A DNA stretch of 64,000 nucleotides from Bdellovibrionota bacterium (GTDB lineage: Bacteria > Bdellovibrionota_C > UBA2361 > OMII01), in NCBI GenBank assembly GCA_044345405.1, contig JBIJBE010000010.1, positions 1 through 64,000 on the forward strand. The letters run 5' to 3'. The notes below the pieces were generated by a model. The model had not been told where the DNA came from and made no database searches. It was given only the letters and a program-made list of their open reading frames with translations. A program made the translations under genes and the position numbers. Each line of letters starts with the position of its first letter. Position 1 is the first letter of the stretch. Positions 20,868 to 30,565 of this stretch are shown here, in pieces.

Positions 20868-21737
20868 TCAGCTCCATCGCGGCAGTACAAACGTGACCTG
20901 TACGCGGCCTCCAAAACCTGACGCGCCGTCATCCGAGCTGGCAAGGTAGTACCGACCCCCGACGGCGAAGGAGACCGGTAGATCGCTCATCATGATAGCT
21001 TTGTTAAGGGTGACATTGAGGGGGAGAGAGGTGGAGGTTGGATTCCAGGAGGTGGTTGATTCAAGGTTCACCGAGTAGGTCCACGCGTCCTGGGTGATGT
21101 ATGAGATGAACGGTTGCAGGTAGGTACACGTAGCGGTTCCCCCCGCGTCTGAGCCGCCGATCGCGAACGACTGATAACCGAGTATTCCGATCGCCCAGTC
21201 ATCTGGACGCATAATTCCGAGCCAACTCACGCCACCCCCTGTCTGCTGAGTTCCGAACCGAGATCCTGAGAGAGCCGGAGGGGAGATGAAGGGGCCTATC
21301 CGAAACTCGTTACGTTCTCCGACATTGTTAGAGAGGAAGGTCTCAATAAGGGGCACTCCAAAACCATCAAGATCATACCCATCGCCGTTGCCCTCGCTCT
21401 TCCATTCGTAGGGAATAACGGTACGAACATAGTATACGTATTTTTCACTCAACTTAATGGGGACGACAGGTTGCGCCTTCCCCGTAAAGCGCCGTCCCTC
21501 GCCATCCTTTCCGTACCCTCGGTCGTAGTTAAGTTGAAAGGGCACTGAGACCACATTCGGGATGGGATCCGCTAACCGATAGGCGGCTTCGTGCGCTGTC
21601 GATACGGTGCGCGTAGTATGAAGCGCTGCATCGGGAACGAGAGGCGTGTCTTCTGCGCGGCTGACTGTTGAGGCTAGAGATCCGACTATTCCGATCAGGA
21701 TTGCGAACGAGAGGGGATTTTTCATGGGTTTTCTCAT
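20868..21737 (-). CDS. Putative outer-membrane beta-barrel (uncharacterised transporter family)
   Basis: Signal peptide; PIPNVVSVPFQ, QPVVP, LQPFISY; C-terminal amphipathic strand RVQVTFVLP. Confidence 0.7.
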   Translation of the reverse strand: MRKPMKNPLSFAILIGIVGSLASTVSRAEDTPLVPDAALHTTRTVSTAHEAAYRLADPIPNVVSVPFQLNYDRGYGKDGEGRRFTGKAQPVVPIKLSEKYVYYVRTVIPYEWKSEGNGDGYDLDGFGVPLIETFLSNNVGERNEFRIGPFISPPALSGSRFGTQQTGGGVSWLGIMRPDDWAIGILGYQSFAIGGSDAGGTATCTYLQPFISYITQDAWTYSVNLESTTSWNPTSTSLPLNVTLNKAIMMSDLPVSFAVGGRYYLASSDDGASGFGGRVQVTFVLPRWS

Positions 21738-21813
21738 GCCTCAATCTCTCTTCGAGCGTCCTGACCTCGTATCTCAAGTCCTTTATGTGGCCGCCGTTGA
21801 ACCTCTGCCCATT

Positions 21814-22128
21814 CTATTTTGAATGGGAGTCCCGGGCTTGTCGTGGTGTTGTGATAGTCATGCTCGAACAGGTATCGCGGCAAAGAAGCGCCACCTCCCC
21901 CAAATTAACGTAGAATGATGTGTTCTCAATCGCGATCTCAACAGGGTAGTTTTGGACGCCGGTGGATTTGAGCGAGCGCATGCCGGTAACGAGCTGGCTG
22001 TAGCCGTTCGTGATAGTGATGACGACGCCGCTCTTCATGATGATCGTCGCGCCGTCGCCGGCGAGGGCGAGGCGGGGGGTGGTCGTGACGCACAGTACGA
22101 TTAGGCCGATGATAAGGATGTTCTTCAT
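21814..22128 (-). CDS. Small secreted hypothetical protein
   Basis: Signal peptide MKNILIIGLIVL...ALA; GAGG RBS; CxxxC near the C-terminus. Confidence 0.7.
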   Translation of the reverse strand: MKNILIIGLIVLCVTTTPRLALAGDGATIIMKSGVVITITNGYSQLVTGMRSLKSTGVQNYPVEIAIENTSFYVNLGEVALLCRDTCSSMTITTPRQARDSHSK

Positions 22129-22165
22129 GGTGCCTCATTACCATGAGTATTTGTGGGGCCCAACG

Positions 22166-22355
22166 CTAAAACGGAGCTACTCCACAAGATGGTTCGACGT
22201 CTCGCACGTTGTAGAAGTGCGCCGCCTCTTTTAACGTTGCGATAGCGCCGTTATGAAAGTAGGGGGTTGTGATCGCGACGTTGCGGAGGCTTGGCTCCTT
22301 GACACGTCCTTTGTCTGACTCTCGTCCCGTTACACGCGCCAGTCCGGCTGTGTCG
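22166..22355 (-). pseudogene. C-terminal remnant of a cytochrome c peroxidase/MauG-family gene
   Basis: GLARVTGRESDKGRVKEPSLRNVAITTPYFHNG matches the family C-terminus; no CxxCH; the ORF's N-terminus runs through the rpsT terminator. Confidence 0.75.
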
Positions 22356-22421
22356 TGGTTATGCAAGAGCGCGAGGAAAGATCCCACTCTTATGAGGAGA
22401 TTCCCGAGATGGAAGGCATTT

Positions 22422-22455
22422 AAAAACCCGGCCTCCCTCTTCAGGAGCGCCGGGT
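22422..22455 (-). terminator. Terminator after rpsT
   Basis: ACCCGGC...GCCGGGT stem with T5 on the minus strand. Confidence 0.7.
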
Positions 22456-22481
22456 CTTTCAAGCTGAGAGCCTAGGTAAAA

Positions 22482-22757
22482 TTACTTGGCTTTCTTGCTA
22501 GCAGCGCTTGCTTGCGAAGCGAGACGGCTGATCTTTCGGGCGAGGGTCTTCTTGTGGAAGAGACCACGCTTAGCTGCCTTCGCCATAGCGGACTCAGCTT
22601 GACGAGCGAGGGTCTTTGCCTCTGTCTCGTTGCCAGCTGTTGTAGCGGCAGTAGCCTTCTTAAGGGCTGTACGAACCTCCGCACGGCGAGAGCGGTTGTG
22701 ATCACGACGCTTGAGGCTTTGACGATGACGCTTAATTGCAGACTTGTGATTTGCCAT
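22482..22757 (-). CDS. rpsT: 30S ribosomal protein S20
   Basis: MANHKSAIKRHRQ, HKKTLARKISRL. Confidence 0.97.
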   Translation of the reverse strand: MANHKSAIKRHRQSLKRRDHNRSRRAEVRTALKKATAATTAGNETEAKTLARQAESAMAKAAKRGLFHKKTLARKISRLASQASAASKKAK

Positions 22758-22875
22758 AACTGCTTAACTTTAAATGGGCTGCCTACTACACTCAAAAGGG
22801 GACTACCCCACCAGGCACGCCGTACGACGGGAGGATATACCATGGTCTCCTAAGAGACTCAACTGATCGGCCGGC

Positions 22876-23400
22876 TTAACGCTTTTTAGGCCCAGAAATC
22901 TTGGGGAAAAACTCATCAGACCACGCCTGGGTTGTGCCGGTTTGGCCCTGGTAGTGCCCTCGGCCCCCCTCGCCGTAGGCGATGTCTGGGGCTGACTCCA
23001 TGCCGAGGAAGACCAACTGGGCGATCCTCATGCCTTTTACGAGCTCCCGAGGGTAGGGCCCCAAGTTCTGAAGTTCTAGGGTTACCTGACCTTCGAATCC
23101 GCAGTCAATCCAGCCGCTTAGGCTGTGATTGAGCCACAGACGACCGAGTGAACTCTTGAGTTTCAGGTCGCACACCACGTCGCGGGGCATCTTGATGTAT
23201 TCCTGCGTGGTCGCCAGGATCACCTCTCCGGGGAACAGAACGATACCATCCGAGACTATCTCCTCGGGGTCTCGAGTCGGGCAAATCCAATGATTGCCGA
23301 CAGTTACATCGTAACTTGCCGGGTTGATCTGCTCCGGATTGAAGGGAAGGATGCCTCCCTTCTCTCCGAACATACGAATCCAGTGGTCGGGCTTAATCAT
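22876..23400 (-). CDS. dcd: dCTP deaminase
   Basis: NPASYD, KSSLGR, ID.GFEGQVTLEL, GMRIAQLVF, YQGQ. Confidence 0.92.
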   Translation of the reverse strand: MIKPDHWIRMFGEKGGILPFNPEQINPASYDVTVGNHWICPTRDPEEIVSDGIVLFPGEVILATTQEYIKMPRDVVCDLKLKSSLGRLWLNHSLSGWIDCGFEGQVTLELQNLGPYPRELVKGMRIAQLVFLGMESAPDIAYGEGGRGHYQGQTGTTQAWSDEFFPKISGPKKR

Positions 23401-23567
23401 TACAGGTATCCTTGGAAGTCGTTGTACCCCTCCGATTCCTTAGTCGATCTGCCGATAAAAAGAAAGCACTCGTTGTTTGTCGTGGTGAATAGCGGTCGTT
23501 AGTACCCGTCACGTAGTACCTGTTTGGGTACGAACTGGCGGTGGTGATGTGCGCTACTGAACCCATC

Positions 23568-25091
23568 ATGACGAAAAAGGTTATCTCTATGGAGCACACA
23601 GACGCTCTTTTCCGAGAGGTTTTGTTGGTTGAGGACGAACCCGCGCACGCGCTTCTGATTGAGCGCGCTCTCAAGGGGCTCGCCGTTTCTATTTCCAAGT
23701 GCGCCTCCGTTCGGGACGCGTGTGTGAAGCTCAATGAGCGAGACTTCGATCTTATCGTGAGCGATCTCAATCTCCCCGATGTGCGAGGCGAGGCGGTGGT
23801 AAACGCACTCACGTCGGACGCGCCCAAGACACCTCTTGTGGTGCTCACCTCTTCGGCGTCCGTAACCGACGGTGTCGCCGCGATGCGCGCGGGGGCGAGG
23901 GATTTCCTCGTCAAAAATTTCGACGCGACCTTTCGAGATGTCTTGCAGGTCGCCCTCTCTCGTTTGGCTTCCTCATTAGCGGTTGAGCGAGAGAAGGAGC
24001 AGATCACTCGCGACAGAGATCTCCTCAGAGAGGCGATAGAGAACAGTAATGACGGACTCGCGGTCGTCCAAGGTGACGGCTCGGTGCGGTACGCTAACTC
24101 CGGTTTCGAAAGTTTTCTCGTTGGATTCGACGCGAAGGAGCGGGGACTCTTCGCTATCGACCCTACACGGATAGTTCGTGGTGACGAGGTCATGCGGAAA
24201 TTGCGTGAGCAGTTCTCGAGCCTCGAACCCGGCGCGGTATGGACGGTTGAGATGGTAGAGGAGGGAGACGATCGAGCGGCGTTCGACCTCTCGGTGTCCG
24301 CGGTGAAGGACGTCGGCGCTGAGCGAGTATTTCTCCTGTGGGTGCGGGATGTTCGCGAGCGACGGAGACGGGAACGGTTTCAACGCGAGATCCTCTCAAC
24401 AACAACGCACGATCTGAAAGGCCCTCTGGGCGCTATCGCGGTGTCGTGTGATGTCCTCTTGGATACCCCGCCAGCGGACAATCGGGTTCATTCGATGTTG
24501 GAGCGAATCTCCTCATCGGCGAGCAGCGCTATCCAGTTGATAGAGGAGTTCTTGAGTTTGCGCCGGATAGAGGAGGGGGCCTTTGTGCTTCGTCCCGCGA
24601 CGACCGATGTTCGCTCCATCGTTTCGCGGGTTGTCGAGAACTTCCAACTCTCGGCGAAGACCCGCGGGGTAGAGCTCTCATGGCTTGGCGCCGGAGAGCG
24701 TCTCGATGGGTGTGTCGATGCCTTGGGGTTTGAACGGGTACTCTCAAATCTTATTAGTAACGGAATTAAGTTCACGCCTCGGGGTGGAGGTGTCTTTGTG
24801 GAAATAAAACGCAATTCCACCGGGCTGACCCTCTCCGTCCGCGACCTCGGGGCCGGAATGGAGCCTTCAGACGCGCAGCGGCTCTTCAATAGGTACGGTA
24901 GGCTCGCGTCTCACGCCCAAGTATCTGGAACTGGGTTGGGACTGTTCATCGTAAAGTGCATCGTGTCGGCGCACGGTGGCTCAATCGATGTTACCTCCGC
25001 CCTTGGAAAGGGAACCACCTTCGACGTGTACTTCCCCGATCGTCCCCCTCTGAATGACCACGGAGAGGTCCTCTGTTTAGACTTCGCGTAA
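23568..25091 (+). CDS. Hybrid sensor histidine kinase (REC, PAS-like, HisKA, HATPase)
   Basis: LLVEDE/SDLNLPD/FLVK receiver, HDLKGPL H-box, NLISNGIKF, GTGLGL; start uncertain (23541-23589). Confidence 0.92.
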   Translation: MTKKVISMEHTDALFREVLLVEDEPAHALLIERALKGLAVSISKCASVRDACVKLNERDFDLIVSDLNLPDVRGEAVVNALTSDAPKTPLVVLTSSASVTDGVAAMRAGARDFLVKNFDATFRDVLQVALSRLASSLAVEREKEQITRDRDLLREAIENSNDGLAVVQGDGSVRYANSGFESFLVGFDAKERGLFAIDPTRIVRGDEVMRKLREQFSSLEPGAVWTVEMVEEGDDRAAFDLSVSAVKDVGAERVFLLWVRDVRERRRRERFQREILSTTTHDLKGPLGAIAVSCDVLLDTPPADNRVHSMLERISSSASSAIQLIEEFLSLRRIEEGAFVLRPATTDVRSIVSRVVENFQLSAKTRGVELSWLGAGERLDGCVDALGFERVLSNLISNGIKFTPRGGGVFVEIKRNSTGLTLSVRDLGAGMEPSDAQRLFNRYGRLASHAQVSGTGLGLFIVKCIVSAHGGSIDVTSALGKGTTFDVYFPDRPPLNDHGEVLCLDFA

Positions 25092-25178
25092 GCAGGTCAT
25101 GAAGTCTAGACTTCGTCGCGCATAAAGGTGAGAGTTGCACGTACCTTTCTTCGCTCATAGAGCATCTCATTACCTTGT

Positions 25179-26192
25179 ATGACACTTCGGAATCGCAAGC
25201 TCGGGAACGCCCTCCTCACCATACTTGGAGCCGCTCTCGTATCGCTTGCTATTCCTTTCGCCGACCTGCTCGCGTTTCCTCTCGAAAAGTTCGAACATCA
25301 GCTCCAGGTAACGTGCGCCGATGATTCTTCGTGCGCTCGGTCCACGCGGGCAAAAACGACCCTCGGCGCGTACACCGGTATGTGGGTACGAGGGGGAGCG
25401 GACACACACACGACGTTATCGATCGCCAAGGGAGCCCTCCGTGTTGAGATGAAAGGTTCCCTCTTGAGTGGAGTGCAACTCTCCTGGGACAGCGACACAT
25501 ACGCCGACCAACTCTCAAGCTCTGGACTCAAGTGTATTGATATGCGTCATCAAGGGGGCTCCGCGATCGTCATCAAGGACTTCAAGCTCGAGGGTACGTG
25601 TGGCGATGACGACGCGGAACGTGAGTGTCCACCGTTCACGGTAGAGACTCGAATATACGATTCCGCCGATCCAACTGGACAAACGTATTCAGCCTCGGTT
25701 CTTCGTCGCGTGAATGGAAAGGAGTCCCAAGATCTGATCATCCCGTTCTCAAATTTTAATCGTAAAGGGCTCCGGGGCGAGGGGCGCCTGGATTGCGCGG
25801 GAGCGGTATCGATCAACATTCGCGCTGATGGATATCGAGCTGTTACGTTCAGCGCCGGGCCTATCTTCACGAACTCAAGCGAGCCGTTTGAGGCGCTGAT
25901 CCTCACGCCAACGCCGACCCCAGTTCCTCCAACTCCAACGCCTACCGGTGCCGTGGCGGATGCCGCGACTCGAGCTCCTACAAGCGTGCCGGTCGTCACC
26001 GCGCCTGAGACTCCCGTATCGACTCCAGAGCTTGGGGGAGATTCGAGGGAGAACTCCCATGAACAAGAGCCGACCGCGGCCGCCCCTCGGGCTCCAAGCG
26101 TTAGCGAGGTGGTTGTCGCTCCACTCAACTCCCCAAAACCTCGCCGAGAGGAAGAGGAGGAGACGGTCTACGGAGCGATCGTTAGTGAGTAG
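25179..26192 (+). CDS. Exported hypothetical protein: Cys-containing beta domain plus Pro/Thr-rich tail
   Basis: N-terminal signal/TM, 6 Cys, TPTPTPVPPTPTP linker. Confidence 0.75.
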   Translation: MTLRNRKLGNALLTILGAALVSLAIPFADLLAFPLEKFEHQLQVTCADDSSCARSTRAKTTLGAYTGMWVRGGADTHTTLSIAKGALRVEMKGSLLSGVQLSWDSDTYADQLSSSGLKCIDMRHQGGSAIVIKDFKLEGTCGDDDAERECPPFTVETRIYDSADPTGQTYSASVLRRVNGKESQDLIIPFSNFNRKGLRGEGRLDCAGAVSINIRADGYRAVTFSAGPIFTNSSEPFEALILTPTPTPVPPTPTPTGAVADAATRAPTSVPVVTAPETPVSTPELGGDSRENSHEQEPTAAAPRAPSVSEVVVAPLNSPKPRREEEEETVYGAIVSE

Positions 26193-26303
26193 GTCTCGCG
26201 CGGCGTCACGCTGAACGTGCTTAAATTGTTATAATTTGGGGGCTTTCGGGGGGAGGGCGCTCCGTGGACTGCACCGCGAGAGACGTGGTATCCTCGCCTT
26301 CGT

Positions 26304-27524
26304 ATGGCCAAGCAATTCAACATTCCACGCTCCTACCGCTCCGAACTCATCGGTCAGATTAAGAAGCGGCGCACCGCTGAGGACTCCCGCAAGGAGCAGC
26401 TACACGGCACTATCGTGGATGTTGGTCCCGTTGTCTTTCACATCGCGCGGTTCTTCGGATTCTGCTACGGCGTTGAGAACGCGATCGAGATCGCGTACCG
26501 AGCGCTGGAGGAGAATCCGGGCAAGAGGATTTTTCTTCTCAGTGAGATGATTCACAATCCTCACGTGAACTCCGATCTCTTGAGCCGCGGAGTTCGATTC
26601 TTGCAGACGGCGGAGGGGGAGCAGTTGATCCCGTTCTCAGAGCTACGCGCAGATGATGTGGTCATCATTCCAGCGTTCGGCACGACGAGGGAGATGTTTG
26701 ACGCGTTGATCGCCCTCGGTATCAATCCCCAGAGCTACAATGCTACCTGTCCCTTCGTTGAGAAGGTGTGGAAGCGAGGCAAGCAGCTCGCGCAGCAGGG
26801 CTACTCGATAGTGATTCACGGAAAGCATACCCACGAAGAGACCCGCGCGACCTTCTCGCACATTCAAATTGATGGGCCGAGCGTTGTTGTCCGCGATAAG
26901 GAGGAGACCGAACTTCTGACTCAGTACATTCGAGGGGAGCTGCCGTTGGAGCGCTTCGCGATGGACTTCGCTGGGCGCTATTCGGCGAACTTTGATCCCG
27001 CGCGACATCTCAGCCGCATGGGGGTCGTGAACCAGACAACGATGCTCGCCGAGGAAACTCGCGAGATAGCCGCGACAGTGAGGGACGCCCTCGTCGCTCG
27101 ATTTGGTGAGGGAGAGATCGCTGAGCATTACGCCGATACGCGAGACACTCTGTGCTACGCTACCTCAGAGAATCAGCGCGCGATGAAGGGGCTTTTACAT
27201 GAGGAGGCGGATCTGGCGGTTGTCGTTGGTGGATACAACTCCTCAAATACCTCCCACCTGGTCGAGCTTTGTGAGGGAAAACTCCCCGCCTTCTACGTGA
27301 AGGATGCCGAGGAGATCGTGAGCGCGGAGGAGATTCGTCACCTCGACCTCGCGACCAAACGAGTGGTGAGCAGCCACGGATGGTTGCCACAAAAAAAAGA
27401 GAAGGTGCATATCCTCATCTCAGCCGGGGCGAGCTGTCCCGACGCGATGGTAGAGTCGGTCATATCGAAGATATCGAGCCTTTATCCATCCGCATTGGGC
27501 TTAACTCAGGCGGTTGGTTCGTAG
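26304..27524 (+). CDS. ispH: 4-hydroxy-3-methylbut-2-enyl diphosphate reductase (long form)
   Basis: FGFCYGVENA, IHNP, ATCPFV, NQTT, DTLCYAT, GGYNSSNT, AGASCP. Confidence 0.96.
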   Translation: MAKQFNIPRSYRSELIGQIKKRRTAEDSRKEQLHGTIVDVGPVVFHIARFFGFCYGVENAIEIAYRALEENPGKRIFLLSEMIHNPHVNSDLLSRGVRFLQTAEGEQLIPFSELRADDVVIIPAFGTTREMFDALIALGINPQSYNATCPFVEKVWKRGKQLAQQGYSIVIHGKHTHEETRATFSHIQIDGPSVVVRDKEETELLTQYIRGELPLERFAMDFAGRYSANFDPARHLSRMGVVNQTTMLAEETREIAATVRDALVARFGEGEIAEHYADTRDTLCYATSENQRAMKGLLHEEADLAVVVGGYNSSNTSHLVELCEGKLPAFYVKDAEEIVSAEEIRHLDLATKRVVSSHGWLPQKKEKVHILISAGASCPDAMVESVISKISSLYPSALGLTQAVGS

Positions 27525-28311
27525 GGATCGCCGGTAATGGAGTCGCTCTGGTGCGCAACGCGCGTTGAGCTCGCCGCGCGCCGCGATAGAGCCCCGTAAA
27601 GAGTGAGTTCGTAATCCCGTCCAGTTTCGTCTGGCGAAAGCCTCGCACCTCAGTGCCAAAGCTGGTGATGTGCGCCGGAGTCCGCAAAAATTGCCGAATC
27701 GATTTGATCTCCCCGTTTGTGATCTCGTTAGAGTGCAGGCAGATGGTGAATACGCCCGTTGGAACCCACGTTGGTCTCCATAGCTGTTGAGGAACAAAGA
27801 TCAATCCTCGGTGGGTGTAGGGCAGGAGCGCGATTCCATCGGAGACCGCTGTGAATCCAGCGGATTTAAGAGCGCTCAGGGTTGTGAGGTCAAACGAGTG
27901 GTTGGGAGAAAACCAGTAGTCGGTGGCCAAGCCCTGCTGTGTGAGGATCTCCCGTCCCTTTTGAATCCGCTCCAACTGCTCCTGATAGGAGTATCCCGCG
28001 AACTCAGAGCGCTCTACCCGTTTGCCATGGCTATGTTTGAGAAGCGCCGAATCCGAAGTTCGAGCCAGCAGGTGTTGATATCCGTGCTGCGCGATATCGA
28101 CTAGGTCGCGTTCAACGAGAAGCCTCATGGTGTCCCAGAAATGAGCTTCCGGCTTTTGTCGATCCAGTTTCTTATCCTTGTTGTCTGGGACGATGCCGAG
28201 TAACGGCTTTACCCGGTTACGTTGGAAGAGGCGAAGCAGGGCCCAGAAGCGCCCCCAATCCATCGTGGGGGTTATGTCATCCATGCGAAAAAGGTAACGA
28301 GCTTTCATCAT
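27460..28311 (-). CDS. Polysaccharide deacetylase family protein (DUF2334-like)
   Basis: FRMDD, QHGYQH, SEFAG, F.PNHSFD. Confidence 0.8.
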   Translation of the reverse strand: MMKARYLFRMDDITPTMDWGRFWALLRLFQRNRVKPLLGIVPDNKDKKLDRQKPEAHFWDTMRLLVERDLVDIAQHGYQHLLARTSDSALLKHSHGKRVERSEFAGYSYQEQLERIQKGREILTQQGLATDYWFSPNHSFDLTTLSALKSAGFTAVSDGIALLPYTHRGLIFVPQQLWRPTWVPTGVFTICLHSNEITNGEIKSIRQFLRTPAHITSFGTEVRGFRQTKLDGITNSLFTGLYRGARRAQRALRTRATPLPAIPTNQPPELSPMRMDKGSISSI

Positions 28312-29063
28312 AATCGTCTCCGCGCGATCGGAAGGATCATCTTGCCCAAGAGGTTAGTTGGCAGAAGCCCGCTGTATTCGACGAGGAGCTTTCCTCCAAA
28401 TTCCAGCTTGAATCGAGCTATGGCGTTTTTCTCTTGGTCGGTTGAATCGAGTGGAATGCCGCCGAGGTCATACAATCGAAATCCTAAATTCTTGAGGGTG
28501 AGGATCTCGTACCAATGGAGGAGTCTGTTCGCTCGTCCCACCTTGTTTCGCTCGCCACTGTCGTCCATGGCTCGGTAGTGCGAGGCAGAGTAGAGGAGTC
28601 TGACCCGACCGACCTCCTCATCTTTCACGTAGGCGTGGGCCGATAGGAGATTTCCATCGGTATCGGAGATGGAGGAGAGAAGAAGCGCTGAGGATGTGGA
28701 CAGCGCCTGCAATTTGGCGCGATTGCACGGAGGCAGTCCTTTGTGTTTGGCGAAGGTGTCGTAGAAGTGCGCGTACAGAGAGCCCTCCTCGATCGTTGGA
28801 TTCATTACGAGACGAGGGGAGAAGCCCTCGCGCTCCGCGCGTTGGATTTTATACCGTGTGTTCTTCGAGATCGGGGCTGAGATCTCCTCGAGGGAGGCGT
28901 TGAGGTCGATCGCCGATGTTTGCACCGGTTTAAAATAAGGATGACGTGTCGCGGTTTGTTGAAAGAAGCACAGTGGTGTTCCGGACGCTCCCTCCTCGAC
29001 GTTGTTGGCGAAAAAGATGTCGCTGATCGGGATGCCACACTTAGAACGGGTGATTGCTATCAC
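28308..29063 (-). CDS. FemAB-like GNAT-fold protein
   Basis: SKNTRYKIQRAEREG, ANRLLHW, YDLGG, FKLEFGG. Confidence 0.75.
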   Translation of the reverse strand: MIAITRSKCGIPISDIFFANNVEEGASGTPLCFFQQTATRHPYFKPVQTSAIDLNASLEEISAPISKNTRYKIQRAEREGFSPRLVMNPTIEEGSLYAHFYDTFAKHKGLPPCNRAKLQALSTSSALLLSSISDTDGNLLSAHAYVKDEEVGRVRLLYSASHYRAMDDSGERNKVGRANRLLHWYEILTLKNLGFRLYDLGGIPLDSTDQEKNAIARFKLEFGGKLLVEYSGLLPTNLLGKMILPIARRRL

Positions 29064-29216
29064 GGGTAGTACTCCTGAAAGAAAGAGGGATAGAAACAGG
29101 CGCTCCTTGTTGGAGAGTCCGTGACTCGAAGGGATACGTTAGATTGGTGGCTCTCAAAATGACGTAGAACAGATATCACGCACGTGCTCGGTTTCGAATC
29201 TTACGAAACCCGCTCG

Positions 29217-30419
29217 TTAGAGCAGGTGTTGCCACGCCGACCGACCGCGGACTACGAGCGTCAGAAGTGATGCCAAGGGGGCTCGGCCTCGGTGATCGGG
29301 ACGAAAGATGTAGTGGGAGTGGTGTTTTCTCGTCGCGGAGGTCCAGACCATTTTCCATGGGAGGGCCGGGCCAACTAATTCACACGCCCTGGTGCCTTGG
29401 CTCTGAAGTTCCTGGAGCGCAGCCATAACGACGAGTTGCCCGGGTGAGTACATCGCAAGTCGCGTGTCGTGCGCGACGCGCAGCGCGTAGTAGGTGTCTT
29501 GTACCGTTATGCCGTAGAGCAGTGAGAGCGGCTCTCCGTTTATCTCCAGCGAAAATACGCGCAACGCGCCGCACCGCTCAGCCCACAGACCAATCTCCCT
29601 GTAGATTTCCACGCTTTCAGGGGTTGTGTGGAGACCCTGCGATCCACCTCTGCGTCGAGCGTTTTTCTCAAGGGCTATCAAAAGATGAAGAGGCTGCTCT
29701 GTTGAGGTATACGAGCGGAGTCGGATATCTCCTAATTGCCGCACCTTTCGCAGCTTCGTTTCAAGGCAAGCGCGATACACGCGGGCTTCCGCCGGAAGGT
29801 AGGTGAGCGATCCTTGGGTTAGGTTGATAATGGGAGTGGATAGCGTTGGAATCGTTTCGACCCTGAATCCCTCATTTTTGGCGTACTCAGCTAGGGTGTC
29901 GGCCGCGCCTCCCTGCGGAACGTTGGGAAGCTCAAGGACTCTCCATCTTTGGTCCTCTCGCAAAGCCTCCCAGGACAACTGAGTCGCGAGTTTCGCGTAC
30001 GCGTGATGATGAATCAGATCGCATCGTGGAGAGAGTTCGCTCATGAATCCCCGAGTGACGCGTGTTGGGATCGCTCCAAGGAAAGTGGGGCGCTGGACGA
30101 TCGGAAGAACACCGATGAGCATATCAGCGTGGCGAGAGACGATCGCGGAGAAGGAGGATCGTATGTTTGACGCACGGATCGCCGGGAGGATCCACTCTGG
30201 TAGGTCCAGGAGATGAGGCGAGGGGGAGTGAAGCACGAGCTCCCGCCACTCCTCGCGCAGGTGTTCGAGCTCGAGTGATGAAACGTGGCGCAACGCGTCT
30301 CCCGCGAGGGTGGAGCTTACTGAGCCGCGCAATGTGGGTGCGGAGGAGGGCGCAATCATACGAGATATGCCGTCATAGTGTTGACGAGCACGGTAGGGAG
30401 CTGCCGTGGGAGTTGCCAT
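29217..30419 (-). CDS. CelD/BcsL-family GNAT acetyltransferase
   Basis: PEW, IGVLP, AHD..LAMYSPGQL, WKMVWT. Confidence 0.8.
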   Translation of the reverse strand: MATPTAAPYRARQHYDGISRMIAPSSAPTLRGSVSSTLAGDALRHVSSLELEHLREEWRELVLHSPSPHLLDLPEWILPAIRASNIRSSFSAIVSRHADMLIGVLPIVQRPTFLGAIPTRVTRGFMSELSPRCDLIHHHAYAKLATQLSWEALREDQRWRVLELPNVPQGGAADTLAEYAKNEGFRVETIPTLSTPIINLTQGSLTYLPAEARVYRACLETKLRKVRQLGDIRLRSYTSTEQPLHLLIALEKNARRRGGSQGLHTTPESVEIYREIGLWAERCGALRVFSLEINGEPLSLLYGITVQDTYYALRVAHDTRLAMYSPGQLVVMAALQELQSQGTRACELVGPALPWKMVWTSATRKHHSHYIFRPDHRGRAPLASLLTLVVRGRSAWQHLL

Positions 30420-30565
30420 GATTGCGATTAGACACGCGGCCGGAAAAGGTTTGTTTTGCCCTGTTTTGAGTTGTCAACCGGGGGTATTTAATTGTCGCTC
30501 CACCGGTTTTCGCGTCCAGTTAAATATGGCAGACTCGGTCGGTGTCTCATTTTTTAGGATCCACC

